A stretch of 64,000 nt of DNA from Octopus vulgaris (GCA_951406725.2 OX597822.1:43090001-43154000), one strand, 5' to 3'; shown: positions 1 to 13,722, counted from the first letter of the stretch. Notes: a model not told the origin generated them from the letters alone. Made by a program: numbers and translations.

Positions 1-19
1 TTGTTGTTGTTGTTGTTGC

Positions 20-50
<31 letters not shown>

Positions 51-72
51 CAGGTCACTGCCTGGAATCGAA
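1..72 (-). repeat. (TTG)n microsatellite plus short remnant of the tRNA-headed SINE seen at 19204-19511
   Basis: caggtcactgcctggaatcgaa after a triplet repeat matches caagtcactgcttggggtcgaa at 19431-19452. Confidence 0.55.
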
Positions 73-859
73 TAATAATTATATTCGTCACAAACTTTAT
101 ATAACATATCGAGGATCTCGGTAGAAGAGTTGCTGAGCTTCATGCAAAATTTGATGAAGACACGTTATTCGAATTTGGATAAATCCCAGAGCTACTCTAA
201 CACAATGGTACAAAACCTCACGTAAACTGAACTCGAAGGAGATAACAAAAAAAAAGAAAAAAACAACCTTTAACTGATAAACTCAATAAAAGATTGCAGA
301 TGATTGTGAAACATCAGCTGGTTTCTGTTGGTTAGTACAAACACATGTGTAGTCTGGAGGCTTTTTCAAAACAATTTGTGTATTTGCACCGAACAAGGCT
401 TCAGCAATGAATATCGACCTGTTGCACATGACAGCAACAACAAAGTAAACAAAAGAACGTAAACAAAGACGCACTCCACTCCACAAACAAGACAAAACTA
501 AATAAATAAAACCAGAAGGTCACAGCTGGAATGTCCTCGAAAATAGGTCTGCTCAATCTGGGCTCAGCTGGTGTTGCGTGCGCATCTTCTTTATCGTATA
601 TCTTTCACTTAATTCAATCATTGGGCTGCAGCCGTGCTGGGACACAACCTTGAAGGCTTTTAATCGAACAAATAGACATCAGGACTTAATATGTTAAGGC
701 AAAAACTAGCAAAGCAAGGCACAAAGATGCCTCCCACTAATATTTTCATCAAATGAATAATGTAAACAATTCTGAACAACTCTCAAAAGAACAGAACATT
801 AACAAGCTCCCTTCACAAATTCAAAATTGAACAGGTCTTATAAATATGCACCATGATAT

Positions 860-935
<76 letters not shown>

Positions 936-936
<1 letters not shown>

Positions 937-1099
937 AATTAGAGATAAAACCACTATTATGCAACTCAAACAGTGATAGACATAAACCAAAACATAAATA
1001 ACAAATAATATATATTTTTATAAAACATATAACTAGATCTCAAAAAGTATAAAAATGAATGATCAATATATAAGTAACAACAACAACAACAACAACAAC

Positions 1100-1155
<56 letters not shown>

Positions 1156-1250
1156 GTACTTATTACTTATTATATATTGATCATTCATTTTTATACTTTT
1201 TGAGATCTAGTTATATGTTTTATAAAAATATATGTTATTTGTTATTTATG
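936..1250. repeat. AT-rich element with ~85 bp inverted repeat (993-1077 / ~1162-1250) around a (CAA)n(TAA)n loop
   Basis: Arms are near-perfect reverse complements; the start aaattagagataaaaccactatta recurs at ~35196. Confidence 0.85.
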
Positions 1251-2302
1251 CTCTCAAGCAACTATGCCGTCCTGGGTCAACCTTGAGCGACTTCAACACA
1301 ACCAAAGCATTCTATAGGGAATTAGTGGAGGGGAGGTACAACGATCTCAGGGCGAACCTGGGCGTTAACCTGGAATATCTGACCCGCCTGTTCAAGACGA
1401 CTTTCGGGCCGGGACCTATGTACAACTTCCAGAGATTCCTGGCCTGGCAGTGCTATCGAGAAGCGCTACCCGTTCGGGATAAACTCTACAGGCACGGCTC
1501 GAGAAACACGGGGCCGACCTGTCCGAGATGCGGTCAGAGCGACGAAAACGTCCTGCACGCACCATTTCCAACCTGTGGGCCCATGTCGATCGACTGCTAT
1601 CGCGTGTGGGACGAGTCGGTTTATCAACCGGGTCTATCGTGAATATTGTCGCGCCTCCTTCCTTGAAAGGGGAAGGAAGAGCCATTTTCATTGTACTTGT
1701 GGCTATGGCGAAGGAACGTGTATGGTGGACGTGTCTGAAAGGTCTAGAGACAAACGCTTTCCTCTCTGATCAATCTCTCAGCAACTTCTTCAAGTATCAC
1801 TTGAAGAGGAAGTTGAGAGTAGAGAGGGAAGTTTTGTCTAGTGAATGTTTCAAAAAAAGATGGGTGAATGTAGCAAGGATGGCACGTGTGAATGACGGAG
1901 CCAGCTTGAGCATAATCCTATGAACCAAAAAAAAAAAGAAAGAAAAAAAAACGAAAGGAAAAAAGAGAGCCACTTACTGTAATGTGTTTTGTTTTTGCAT
2001 GACACTATTGCCCAATGTGCCCGTGGTCTTTTCCGTAGGCTTTTCTATCCACAGACAAACCAACTCTGTTTTCCCTTTTTACATTGACATTTCTGTGATA
2101 CACGATCCCTATTGATCGGCCCCACTTTTTTTTTCACGATCCCTTTTGACAGGAATTCGCCCCCTATTTTTTGTTTTCTTTTCACGATCCCTTTTGATCG
2201 GAATTCGCCTCCTTTTTTTCCCTTTCTCTTCTTCCCAAAAAGAAAAGCTCTACTTTGTATTTTGTCTCTTCTGTGTTTAACCTTGCGTGGCCAATAAAGA
2301 AA
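1250..2302 (+). mobile_element. 5'-truncated Tx1/L1-clade LINE, 3' end (zf-RVT region, frameshifted) plus 3' UTR
   Basis: FLAWQCYREALPVRDKL...CPRCGQSDENVLH zinc-binding motif across ORFs 1232-1642 and 1528-1923; UTR ends in AATAAA then (TATC)n; homologous to 21135-21820 and 49436-50215. Confidence 0.85.
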
Positions 2303-2461
2303 TCTATCTATCAATCTATCAATATATCTGTCAGTCTGTCTGTCTGTCTATCTATATCAATACATAAATTTATATAAATAAGGATAAGATCGATATTTAA
2401 ATACCGATCTTAGCGGGTGGCCAGCTTGGGAATAAAAACCTTCAAAAGTAATAATTTTTAT

Positions 2462-2674
2462 TAAAATTATAATTTAGGGTATCTAAGAGATGTCACCACG
2501 CTGGAAATAGCAGTCAAAAGTTGACTCTAAAACCACATTAAATGGTCATACAACACCAGTCTCTTTGTCTTCTCTCCTGGGGCCGTATGAACATTTAATG
2601 TGGTTTTAGAGTCAAGTTTTGGCTGCTACTTCCAGCGTGGTGACATCTCTTAGATACCCTAAATTATAATTTTA
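2462..2674. repeat. ~90 bp inverted repeat (hairpin), PLE-LTR-like family
   Basis: 2462-2551 is the reverse complement of 2584-2674; the acgctggaaatag motif resembles 19690 (acgctagaaatag) and 16276 (tagaaatagcagc). Confidence 0.85.
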
Positions 2675-3068
2675 TATCAATACATATGTATAAACATACT
2701 TACATATATTCAAATCCATTGGTCTGCTAGTCTGAAGTTTCGCCGGCGGTTGCCAGTTACTTACAAGTAATGAACTGGATAATAAATAAAGATACGCAGA
2801 AGATGTGAGTCTGAAACAAAAACACACGACTGGCAGAATTCACAAATTGGCTTTACAACTGTTTCAGTCATTGAAAGAGGAAAGATAAGCTTTGTAATGC
2901 CTCTACTGGCGGAAACAGACATGTGTGTGCACACACCAGCGTTGAATGGAACTTGAAACAAAAAGAGAGTGAAATAGCGGAGAGAAAACGAAAATGTATT
3001 AATTATATTTCCTTTATTAATGAAAATATGTATTTTATTCAATGTAAGGTTTTTCCTCGAATTTTATA

Positions 3069-3134
<66 letters not shown>

Positions 3135-3360
3135 TTTTGAGCTCATTTTTGTTTATCGCTCGAACATTGACCGTTATTTGTAAAGCACCAATCAAACAAG
3201 TCTATTTTTAAAGGTGTAGCGTTTATACTAGTCTGGATAGAATTGACATATCGGTTCCATTCTAGCAAAAACTGTCCGATGAACGGCAACGTGAAACTCA
3301 GAGTAACAGGTTTTGTTGAATTTTCTGCTGCTTTAAATAAAGTATAGACCCCCTGACCAT

Positions 3361-3671
3361 GGGTTTGCACCTAGAGAGATACCCTCTGAGGCACAAGTCT
3401 GGGCAAGGTTGTTTTATGGAAGACCAGCAGTCTCCCATGCATACCGGCCTCCCCTCTCCACGTCACCGATGTTGTCCAAGGGAAAGGCAAGGGCCGATAC
3501 AGCTTGGCACCTGTGAAGTCGCAACTCATTTCTACAGCTGAGTGAACTGGAGCAACGTGAAAATAAAGTGCCTTGCTCAAGAACACAACACGCAGCCCCG
3601 TCCGGGATTCGAGCTCACAACCTCACGATCGTAAGCTCGACGCTCTAACCACTGAGCCATGCGCCTTCACT
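3361..3671 (-). mobile_element. tRNA-derived SINE (family B; Arg-ACG-like head)
   Basis: Minus strand: A box TGGCTCAGTGG, B-box-like CTCGAATCC, then gttcttgagcaaggcacttt core. Confidence 0.8.
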
Positions 3672-3673
3672 AA

Positions 3674-3798
<125 letters not shown>

Positions 3799-3804
3799 AT
3801 ATAT

Positions 3805-3950
3805 TTAAATGGAACAAAGATGCAATAGAGGGCATTAAGACGTTCTGTCAGATAGACGATACAAAGGTGGACAGGAGAAACACCAAATAGAAGGACAGGC
3901 AAAAAAAAGACGGGTCATTCGTGGCCTTCTTTCCTCAGTCAAGTACCAGA
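3805..3950 (-). repeat. Interspersed repeat homologous to 11660-11800 (+)
   Basis: Shared ctggt(a/t)ctt(g/a)actga(g/a)ga...cgaatga(c/t)ccgt and ttgtatcgtctatctg. Confidence 0.55.
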
Positions 3951-4236
3951 ATTCTATGTGTATATATACTGTAAATATCATTATAAGCTTCCGACGTATA
4001 TTGATTGCAGTACGCATTCCCACGCGTCCTAATGTCCATTTCTTCCGTTGTGGGGTTTATATACCCTAATATTAGACTCTTTTCTATGGACAATATACGG
4101 TGAAAGCTTATAATTGTATTGACAAAATGTTCAGTTAACAATTTTTCAATTTACGCAGTATACGTACGTACATACACACATTTACATAAATACATACATA
4201 TATATATATATGTGCATGTATATATGTATGTGCATG

Positions 4237-4377
<141 letters not shown>

Positions 4378-4629
4378 ATACATATCTATATATATGTATG
4401 TATATATATCAACAACGTGTGTTTGTGGACGTGCGTATGGAGTGTTTGTGTGCGTGTGTGTGTGTATTGTATATATTATATTTCAACCTGTGTGTGTGTG
4501 CATATTGTATATAGTGTTTTAAATTGCATATATTGTATGTCAATTTTATTCTTAATTTTACGCAATTCTATCTGAATGTATATTTTTTTATTTTTCTTAC
4601 TTTAATGGTCTTTTTTTGTATAATAAATA

Positions 4630-5936
4630 GATGAGGGGTGGATAGAGCTCCTCTGTTTTCCCAGTCCGTGGCGAAGGCAGTCTATCTAGGAGAAAGTAAC
4701 TCTGAATTTAAATACTTCACTGCTGTCTTTGGTTGGGCAAAGACTGGGAGAAGGACACTGATATAAAAACCTGGAACTGCAAATGCACCCACTGATGTCG
4801 ACTTGCTCTTCTTTGTGGATCATGCTTTGTAGTTTAGTGAGTGGTAATGGTTGCTGTGCAAAAGTTTTCCTCACTTTAAAAAGTGTCAAACACAGGTATT
4901 GCTGGAAAGGAAAAAGAAATGAACATGCTGTATGTACATGGCCAGCCGAAGCTTAAAAAGGCACAACTGAACAATGAAAGTTGATATTGATGCTGAAGCA
5001 AATGGTAAAAAAGGTTCTGGAACATTTTGTTCTTTGGGCTGGCCCGGTAGGTGACCCAGGGCACCACAGCCTGGATCCGGTCGTCATCCTGCAACTGTGA
5101 GTAAATTCAGGTTAAGATGCAAGCCTATGAATATAGGATATTGGAATGTTCGAACGCTATTAGACAATGATTGTCTGAAATCTAGTCCTCGCTTGTTGCA
5201 AAAGAGTTACAGCGATATGATATTAATGTTGTAGCGTTAGCCGAAGCAAGAATTTATGGAAAGGGGAATACCGTAGAGAAATCTGCTGAGTATCATTTAT
5301 TTTGGAGCGGTAGAGAGGAGATCTATAAGAGAGAATCAGAAGTGGGATTTGCTATCAAAGCCATTCTGGTTTCAAAACTTGAGGAACTACCAAGTGGCCA
5401 TTCCGATCGTTTGATGTCCTTAAGATTTCCATTAAAAAAAAGGTCGCTATGCAACACTCATAAGTACATATGCTCCAACTATGAATTCCCCAGAAGATGA
5501 TAAACTTGCCTTCTATCTATTACTTACAGATATTACACTCAATATCCCCCATGATGACCAAGTTGTCATTTTGGGTGATTTTAATGCTCGAGTTGGTGCA
5601 GATTGGGAGACTTGGAGTGTCCTAGGCAAGCATGGGGTTGGGAGTAACGGTTTACTACTGTAATAAATGTGTGTAGAGATGGATTTGTGTGTCATGAATA
5701 CAATGCTTCGACTAAAGGATAAGTATAAAACGACATGGATGCACCCTGGTTCTAAGAAATGGCATCATATAGATTACGTCCTCACCAGGAAACGAGATAC
5801 TAGGGACTTTGCTATTGTACGAGTGATGAGTGGTGCAGAGTGCTGGACTGATCATAGGCTTTTGCGTGCCAAGGGGAATTTTGTTGTCAAGCCTAAGGTT
5901 AGAGCAAATAATGAAAAGTTACTTAAACGGATTGAT
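4630..5936 (+). mobile_element. RTE-clade LINE 5' part: probable UTR plus disrupted apurinic-like endonuclease domain
   Basis: IGYWNVRTLLD, VALAEAR, GFAIK, YAPT, ILGDFNARVG, TWMHPGSKKWHHIDYVL and WTDHRLL motifs from ~5127; stops and frameshifts; truncated at (CA)n. Confidence 0.88.
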
Positions 5937-5964
5937 ACACACGCACGCACACACAGACATACAC

Positions 5965-6056
<92 letters not shown>

Positions 6057-6258
6057 GTATGAATATATTGGTACATGGTTCGAAAACACAAAACCATGAG
6101 AGACAGGTGAGGGAGCAACAAATAAGGTGTACTAGCTTGATCAGGGGAAAATAGAAAAGGTTTTGATGTTTCTTTGACAGACAGCGCTGAGGAAAGAAAA
6201 CGGAGAGCAAAAAAAAGAAAAACCCAAACCTCCCAAAACGTCTGTATTAACACTTTCA

Positions 6259-6342
<84 letters not shown>

Positions 6343-6989
6343 AACATATGCATACACATACGTGTATTTTCATGTATGTAAGTATGTATGTAAGTATGTA
6401 TGCATTTATGTATGTAAGAATGTATGTATGTATGTATGTATGTATGTATGTATGTATGTATGTATCTATCTATCTATCTATCTATCTATCTGTCTGTCTA
6501 TCTATATATCAATAATATCAAAGGGTAATCAGAAATATTTGAAATTTTGCATTACCAGTGCCCTACCAAGTAAAAATTTAGTCAATAGAATATATATTAT
6601 TCATACAAATAGAGTGTACATTTAAACACACAAATGGAATGAAAAATAAAAACATTTACCATTTAGATGGTAAATGTTTTTATTTTTCATTCCTATGATG
6701 GATGCCTTTTGTATGTTTAAATGTGCACTGTATTTGTATCTATCTAAATATATATATATATATATATATATACAGACACAAGCACGTACATTTATACATA
6801 CATACACACACATATATGCATATATATATATATATGTATATAAATATATATATATACATATATATACACATATATATATATGTATATATGTGTGTATATG
6901 TATGTATATATATATATATATATATGTATATAAATATATATACACATATATAACACACATATTTACATATATATATATATATACATGTG

Positions 6990-7535
6990 TATCTAGGGTG
7001 GGTTAAATTCCTGAGATCCATGGACGAGTTTTCTCCAGTGGTCTTTGTCCCTCATCATCGCTACCATGTCCTGTATCTCCTAGAGACCAGTGTCTGTTCT
7101 GAGGGCATCAAGATATGCTATCCTCGGTCTCCATTTTCTAGTGCGTCTGTGCAGGGGCTGCGACAGGAGCACTGAGTGCAGTATCAACTCTGAATGACTG
7201 TGAGCATGTCCAGCTAATCTCAGTCTCGTCTGTGGTTATTTTTGAGCTGACTATTGGGAAGCTCTCGTACAACTCTGAGTTCTTTATCCTCAGTGTATAC
7301 GGATTAATATTCAGAGCCATCCTCATCATACTCGTGTAGCACCCATCCACCACCTGAGTGAGTTTCTTCGACAGTGTCCAAGTCTCAGACTTGGACAACA
7401 CCTCAGATTCCACTTCAGCAAGGAAAAGATGGATCTTTAGGTCTTTACGATGGTCCGACACCCATGCCACCCAGGATTTGCTCTTCCTCTTAACTACAGC
7501 CCCCTCTGTGTTTCCAATCTTTGCTCCCAGATACA
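6990..7535 (-). mobile_element. RTE-like LINE 3' fragment (post-RT region)
   Basis: [26 protein letters not shown]...[14 protein letters not shown]...NSELY, then RLRLAGH in another frame. Confidence 0.75.
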
Positions 7536-7640
7536 GGATATATGTATACACACACACATACACACATATACATACATAAACATACATATATATATATATG
7601 AAAATGTTATAGAAAGATGTAAAAGCATATATATATATTT

Positions 7641-7692
<52 letters not shown>

Positions 7693-7774
7693 TAGATAGA
7701 TACATACATATATATATATATATCTATATATATATATATATGTATATATATACATCCATTTACACATACTTGAC

Positions 7775-8061
<287 letters not shown>

Positions 8062-8224
8062 AAAGTTGGTTTGTGAAAGCACGTGGGTGAATATATAGAA
8101 AATAGTAAAGAGTGAAAAAACGACAGAAAGTTTAAATGTTAAAAAATATATATATTTGCGTCAATGTCTGAAGAATATTAGAAAATTAAAAAAAAAATTT
8201 TTTTCTCTTATAATGACATAATTT

Positions 8225-8660
8225 TAAAGAAAGACCGGTTTCGCGTGTAGCTTTTCAAATTTCTTGTGACGTTATGTTTATGTTAAATAGAGTTATCATT
8301 GTGTTTATGTTCCGGAGAGTTCTAAATAAGGGGAGGTAGTGGGTGATTTCTTCCGGTGTAAGGGAGATAATCGCTTAAAATTTTTTTCCTTTCCTTTGGG
8401 GTGAATTTCTCTGTATAAGTATGTTGGAATGGTTAAGTCTGGGCTTGTACTTTTCAATGAAGAATGTTTCCTTGTTTAGTCTAATTTGTGTTGATGATCC
8501 GATAGCACATTGGTAAAATGGAAAGATTAAAAATTGTGGTAGTAGTTGCTTTGCGCATTTCTCAATGTGCTCACTAAAAGGTATCATTCTATATTCTGGG
8601 AATGCAATCTGTTGTCGATGCAGTGTGCATCTACGTCTGAGTGATAGTCCCGTGGAACCC
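8225..8660 (-). mobile_element. Penelope-like element, distal GIY-YIG endonuclease and 3' UTR
   Basis: GSTGLSLRRRCTLHRQQI...SEHIEKCA...FPFYQC...RLNKETFFIEKYKPRLN; homologous to 39860-40730. Confidence 0.85.
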
Positions 8661-8831
8661 TAAGAATGATAGTTTGCGCCATGCCTACCCCAAAAATTCC
8701 CCCACCACCACCCCTTTAAACCTGCCTAAATGTATAAATGCCAAAACTATTCTTGTCACCTAGCTTCCTGATGATTTCTTTTGAATGAAACAGTTCTAGT
8801 CCTGTAGAAGCTCCTTCTATAAAATAAATAA

Positions 8832-8875
<44 letters not shown>

Positions 8876-8876
<1 letters not shown>

Positions 8877-9367
8877 ACAGACATTACCCAGCTCAACTCA
8901 TAGAGGATGGGATCAGACGTGCAACAGAAATCAACATAGAAACTTTAAGAAAAGTTCAACACAACAACACACCTTCCCCGAAAATACTACCTTACATATC
9001 TACATACAACCCCAGAAACAAAGAAGCCTTCACCATCATCACCCAGAATTTACCAATACTTCATAAAGACCCCAAATTAAAGGAAATTCTAAACATACAC
9101 CAAATCATTAAAAGCTACAAACAACCTAAATCACTTTAAAAGATTCTCACAGAGGCAAAATTGTTTTCTGAAATTACGGATGCAAAAGTAAAAAAATGTG
9201 GTAGACCGAACTGTGCAACATGTCCAAACCTGCTAGAAGGATCAGAATTCCTCTTCAAAGAGGGACAGAAATTCAAGATCAAATCTAATTTTACTTGTGC
9301 CTCTGAAAACATAATTTATGTCATAAAATGCTCGGGCTGCCACCAAGACTACGTGGGATCCAAGGGA
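8876..9367 (+). mobile_element. Penelope-like element, linker plus start of GIY-YIG (upstream half of the element at 8225-8660, inverted)
   Basis: STYNPRN...KCGRPNCATC...NFTCASENIIYVIKCSGCHQDYVGS. Confidence 0.85.
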
Positions 9368-9637
9368 CTGATTTACAAAATCAGACATCATATCTGACAG
9401 CTGTTTCGATTCAAGACTGATAATAAAAACATGTGGTAATAAAACATATGTTTTATTATCATATCTTATTCTTTATTTTCATTTTCATTTTTATAGCAAC
9501 TTCGATAAATATACTACCTTCCCCTCCTTTGTAAGGTTTATAGCATGTTCTGTCTACAAAACATATATCAGTTTGTGGATTTGCTCCTTACACTCAACAC
9601 ACAATAATATGAAAGTGTAAGGGTATATGTTTTTCCA

Positions 9638-9920
9638 CCTCCGATGAGATTCAACTTTAAAATCTTTTTAAGAATACTAATTAATTTCTGAGGTCTTGCG
9701 CCGGGCGAAATACTTAGCGGTATTTCGCTTGATATTACGTCCTGAGTTCAAATTCCACCAAGGTCGACTTTACCTTTGATCCTTTCGGGGTCGAGAAATT
9801 AAGTACCAGTTGAGTACTGGGATCGATCTAATCGACTGGCGCCTTCCCCCCAAAATTTCGGGCCTTGTGCCTAGAGTGGAAAAGAATTTCTGAAGTCATG
9901 AATCGAAACAGCTGTCAGAG
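9638..9920 (+). ncRNA. Degenerate minimal hammerhead motif interrupted by a SINE
   Basis: CCGATGA gattca...tgaatc GAAA cagctg TC; inverted partial copy at 9377-9418. Confidence 0.55.
9699..9884 (+). mobile_element. SINE family D (5'-truncated, tail type 1) with 16 bp target-site duplication
   Basis: gagttcaaattcc...gtcgacttt(g/a)cctttcatcctttcggggtcga-type core; TSD aatttctgaggtcttg / aatttctgaagtcatg. Confidence 0.85.
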
Positions 9921-9982
9921 ATGATGTTCAATTTTCTAATTAATAGATAATTATTTTAATTATCTATATTTTCTTATATTCT

Positions 9983-10016
<34 letters not shown>

Positions 10017-10124
10017 TGTATGTATGTATGTATGTATGTATGTATGTATGGATGTATGTATGTATGTATGTATGTATATATACATATATATATATCTATA
10101 AAATAATATGTTACAATTACTCAG

Positions 10125-10693
10125 TATGTGAACGTGGTTTTTATGCTTTGTATACTTCCTTATGTTTTTTTCTGTACCTTTAACCATGGTTTTTCTTGTG
10201 CTTGTGCGTATATAGACGTATGTATGAACTTTTACGGTACGCATGTGTGTGTGTATGAGTTTGAATATATATACGTATATATTTGGCGAAAAATGCGAGT
10301 GAAGATGTGTACGTAAGCCACAACACCATCTCTTCGGTTATCTGGCCATCTGAAAAAACGCTATGAAAAAATACCGTTATATAAACGGAAATTACTGTGT
10401 TATAATTCTGCTACTTATGTAAAATAAGATTAAAATTTCATAGTAAAACACTCACATGTGCGCTCGCGGACCCACGTGCGTACTTATACGTCATTATGAA
10501 AACGTACACATCTTCACTCGCATTTTTCGCCAAATATATACGTATATATATACAAACTCATACACACACACATGCGTACCGTAAAAGTTCATACATACGT
10601 CTATATACGCACAAGCACAAGAAAAACCATGGTTAAAGGTAACAGAAAAAAACATAAGGAAGTATACAAAGCATAAAAACCACGTTCACATAC
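10125..10693. repeat. ~190 bp near-perfect inverted repeat downstream of a PLE
   Basis: 10125-10315 is the reverse complement of 10502-10693. Confidence 0.9.
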
Positions 10694-11099
10694 GGACATG
10701 CCCTTATGCACTCATACACACTCACGCCCATATATGTACATACCCGCACATGTTTATATAAGCATACATACACACGCATGTACGAAAAATGAATATACAT
10801 ATGCCCTCTCCCCCCACCCAAAACCTAAAAAAATGGAAAAATACTAAGTGAAAACGTCTATATATATACATTCTTATGCCCTCACACATGTACACATCTA
10901 AAACTGCCCACTCATACATATTCACACACGTGTACAAATAAATCTATATACACGTCTATATAGGCACAGGAAAAAAAATGCAAGATAGAAAAGTACAGAA
11001 ATTCAATATGTGTGAAAAAATAAAAAAATAAAAAAATGTATGAAATAATAAAAGGTATAATGAGATAAAAAACTTTTTGGGACATAATATAGAAAGCAA

Positions 11100-11485
11100 G
11101 TTCTATCTGTTTTCTTTAGGGGACCAAAAACGTAACAAAAATTTAGTCACATATGGGCATGATCCGAAAAGTTTTGTCCTTGAGTTTAGACATGTAGTAG
11201 GGTCTAAGCTGCTTTTCCAGATAAGCCATCTCTCCATGTCGCATATACCGCACTTTCCGCTGCCGTTGGTGTAGGGTTTACATTTGGGCAAAATCTTCCA
11301 ATGGATGTTATAATCGATACCTTTATCGTTTAAAAACCAAATATGATTAGATAATTTTGTCGCTTTTCTTTTGTTCCGGTGCCTAAAACTCAAGGTGTGG
11401 TTATTGAACCTGGCCTTGAAATTACCCTCTGTAAGGCCCACGTATTTCTTCGTCGAAACGGTGTCTTTAGTGGTTATAGAGTTCA

Positions 11486-11487
<2 letters not shown>
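11100..11487 (-). mobile_element. Penelope-like element (second family), GIY-YIG C-terminal fragment
   Basis: YVGLTEGNFKARFNNH...TKLSNHIW...WKIL...PY...KCGICDMER...LNSRTKLFGSC. Confidence 0.85.
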
Positions 11488-11556
<69 letters not shown>

Positions 11557-11829
11557 CACACACATACATACATACGCACACGTATAAGGAAATAAGAAAG
11601 AATGTGCATGAATATACCTAAACATACTTTTATGTATTTTACCAGCCGAAATTGCGAGGATAATCTGGTTCTTAACTGAAGATAGAGAACTGCGAATGAT
11701 CCGTTCTTGTTTTCTTTGTATCGTCTATCTGGATGTTTTGTTGTCCTATTTTTGAATCACCTAGTTGTCCGGATGTTTTGCGTTCTTGTCCCATTTTGTA
11801 TTATATATATATATATATATATATACATA

Positions 11830-12030
11830 CATAGGGAGAGTTTACGAAAAAAACAAAATACGAAGACGGGTGGTGTACAAAACAAACAGATGTATTAGTA
11901 TAACGCGCAGGAATAGAAAAAGTCTTTTACGTTTCAAGCCTACGCTCTTCTACAGAAAGGGACACAGAAAAAAACAAGGAGAGAAACATGGAGAGAAAAA
12001 AATGTGTGTAGTGGCTAACGATCTATCATA
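11830..12030 (-). repeat. ~190 bp PLE-LTR-like repeat with degenerate HHR
   Basis: Near-identical to 18998-19185. Confidence 0.7.
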
Positions 12031-12463
12031 TGTGTTTGTGTGTGTGTATAATTATACGTGTGCCGTCGGTCTGCGCACTTTCGTTGTGTTTTGAAGTTTT
12101 GAAATTGTATTTGTTTGTGTCCACGTCTCACCCTTCCTTCCCTATCTCTCTCTATATTTGCAGTAATGTATATATTCATGTGTGTGTAATATATATGATA
12201 ACTGTGATCACACAGTCCAAACAAATGGTCTCAGACCCACACTAACGTGTGAAAATATATGTCTCTCTCTCACATACACACGGGCACGCATACACATCAC
12301 ATACACACACACACATACATACTCTCTCTCTTTCTCTCTGTCTTCCTCTGTCTATCTGTCTGTCTCTCTGCACACTTACGCACCCATTCACCAACAAGCA
12401 CACGTATACATACACGTATAAATAACGGTGTGTATATGCTTTTGTGCGCGTATGTATATACAC

Positions 12464-12539
<76 letters not shown>

Positions 12540-13007
12540 TACATATATGTATACATATATATACATATATGTATACATGTATATATATATATACATATAT
12601 GTGTGTTGTGCATCTGTTTATATGAGTGTATGCCTATGTGCTTCTGTGTCCGTATGCATGTGTGTGTGTGTTTATTTATGTGTGTGTGTATGGTGTGCGT
12701 GTGTGTGATGTGTATGTCAGTGGTGTGGCGTGAATGTGTGTATGTATGTGTGAGTGTATGTGCGTGTGTGTATGTGTGTGTGATGTGTGTGCATGTATGT
12801 GTGCGTCAGTGTGTGTGTGCATGTATGTGTGTGTGTGTGTACTTACATTAATATCTCTTCCAGCCAATTGATAATTTCCAATAACCTTAAATGTAACCTT
12901 TCACTTCATTAATGCAACAAAACACCAGGGGGCGTTTCACACAGCAACTTGGAGCTTGCGACCCGTCTCCTCTGTCTCTTCGCTGAAAATTGATACTATA
13001 AGCACTG

Positions 13008-13621
13008 CACACCGCCGCCACCATCATCACCATCATCATCATGATCATCACCATCCTCAGTAGCAGCAACAGCGGCAGCAGCAGCAACAGCGGCAGAAGC
13101 AGCAGCAGCATCACCACCACCACCACCATTATCATCATTATCACCATGAAGTTTATTGTCTTCCCCCGCCAAACCAACAACAAAGAACACGACTCAAGCA
13201 ATGTATAACTTATCGACTTATCAATAACAGAGGAAAGGTTTCAACTCCGGCTGATTCGAAGCCACCATCATCGCCATCATCACCATCATCACCATCATCA
13301 TTATAATCTTCATCATCATCATCATCATCTTCATCATCATCACTATCATCACCGCCGCCACTACCATCACCATCACCACCATCATCAACATCACCATCAT
13401 CATCATCACCACCATCATCAATATCACCATCATCATCATCACCATCATCATCATCATCTTCATCACCATCACCGCCACCATCACCACCACCACCATCATC
13501 CTCATCCTCATCATCATCATCATCACACCATCATATCTGCCGCCATCACCATCACCACCATCGTCATCACCATCATCATCATCATCTCCACCACCACAAC
13601 CACCACCACCATCATCATCAT

Positions 13622-13653
<32 letters not shown>

Positions 13654-13722
13654 TCATCAACGTCATCACCCCCCCACCATCACCGCACCACCACAACCAC
13701 CCTTCTCCCTTCCTCCTTACCA
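13008..13722. repeat. Cryptic trinucleotide arrays (CAT/CAC/CAG)n
   Basis: Directly visible; poly-M/V ORFs are artefacts. Confidence 0.9.

Noticed and set aside
283-495. 70 aa minus-strand ORF
   Set aside because: No recognisable domain or splice support
11660-11715. CTGAAGA...GAAT motif (also 3905-3945 minus) as a hammerhead
   Set aside because: GAAA is replaced by GAAT and stems I/II do not pair convincingly
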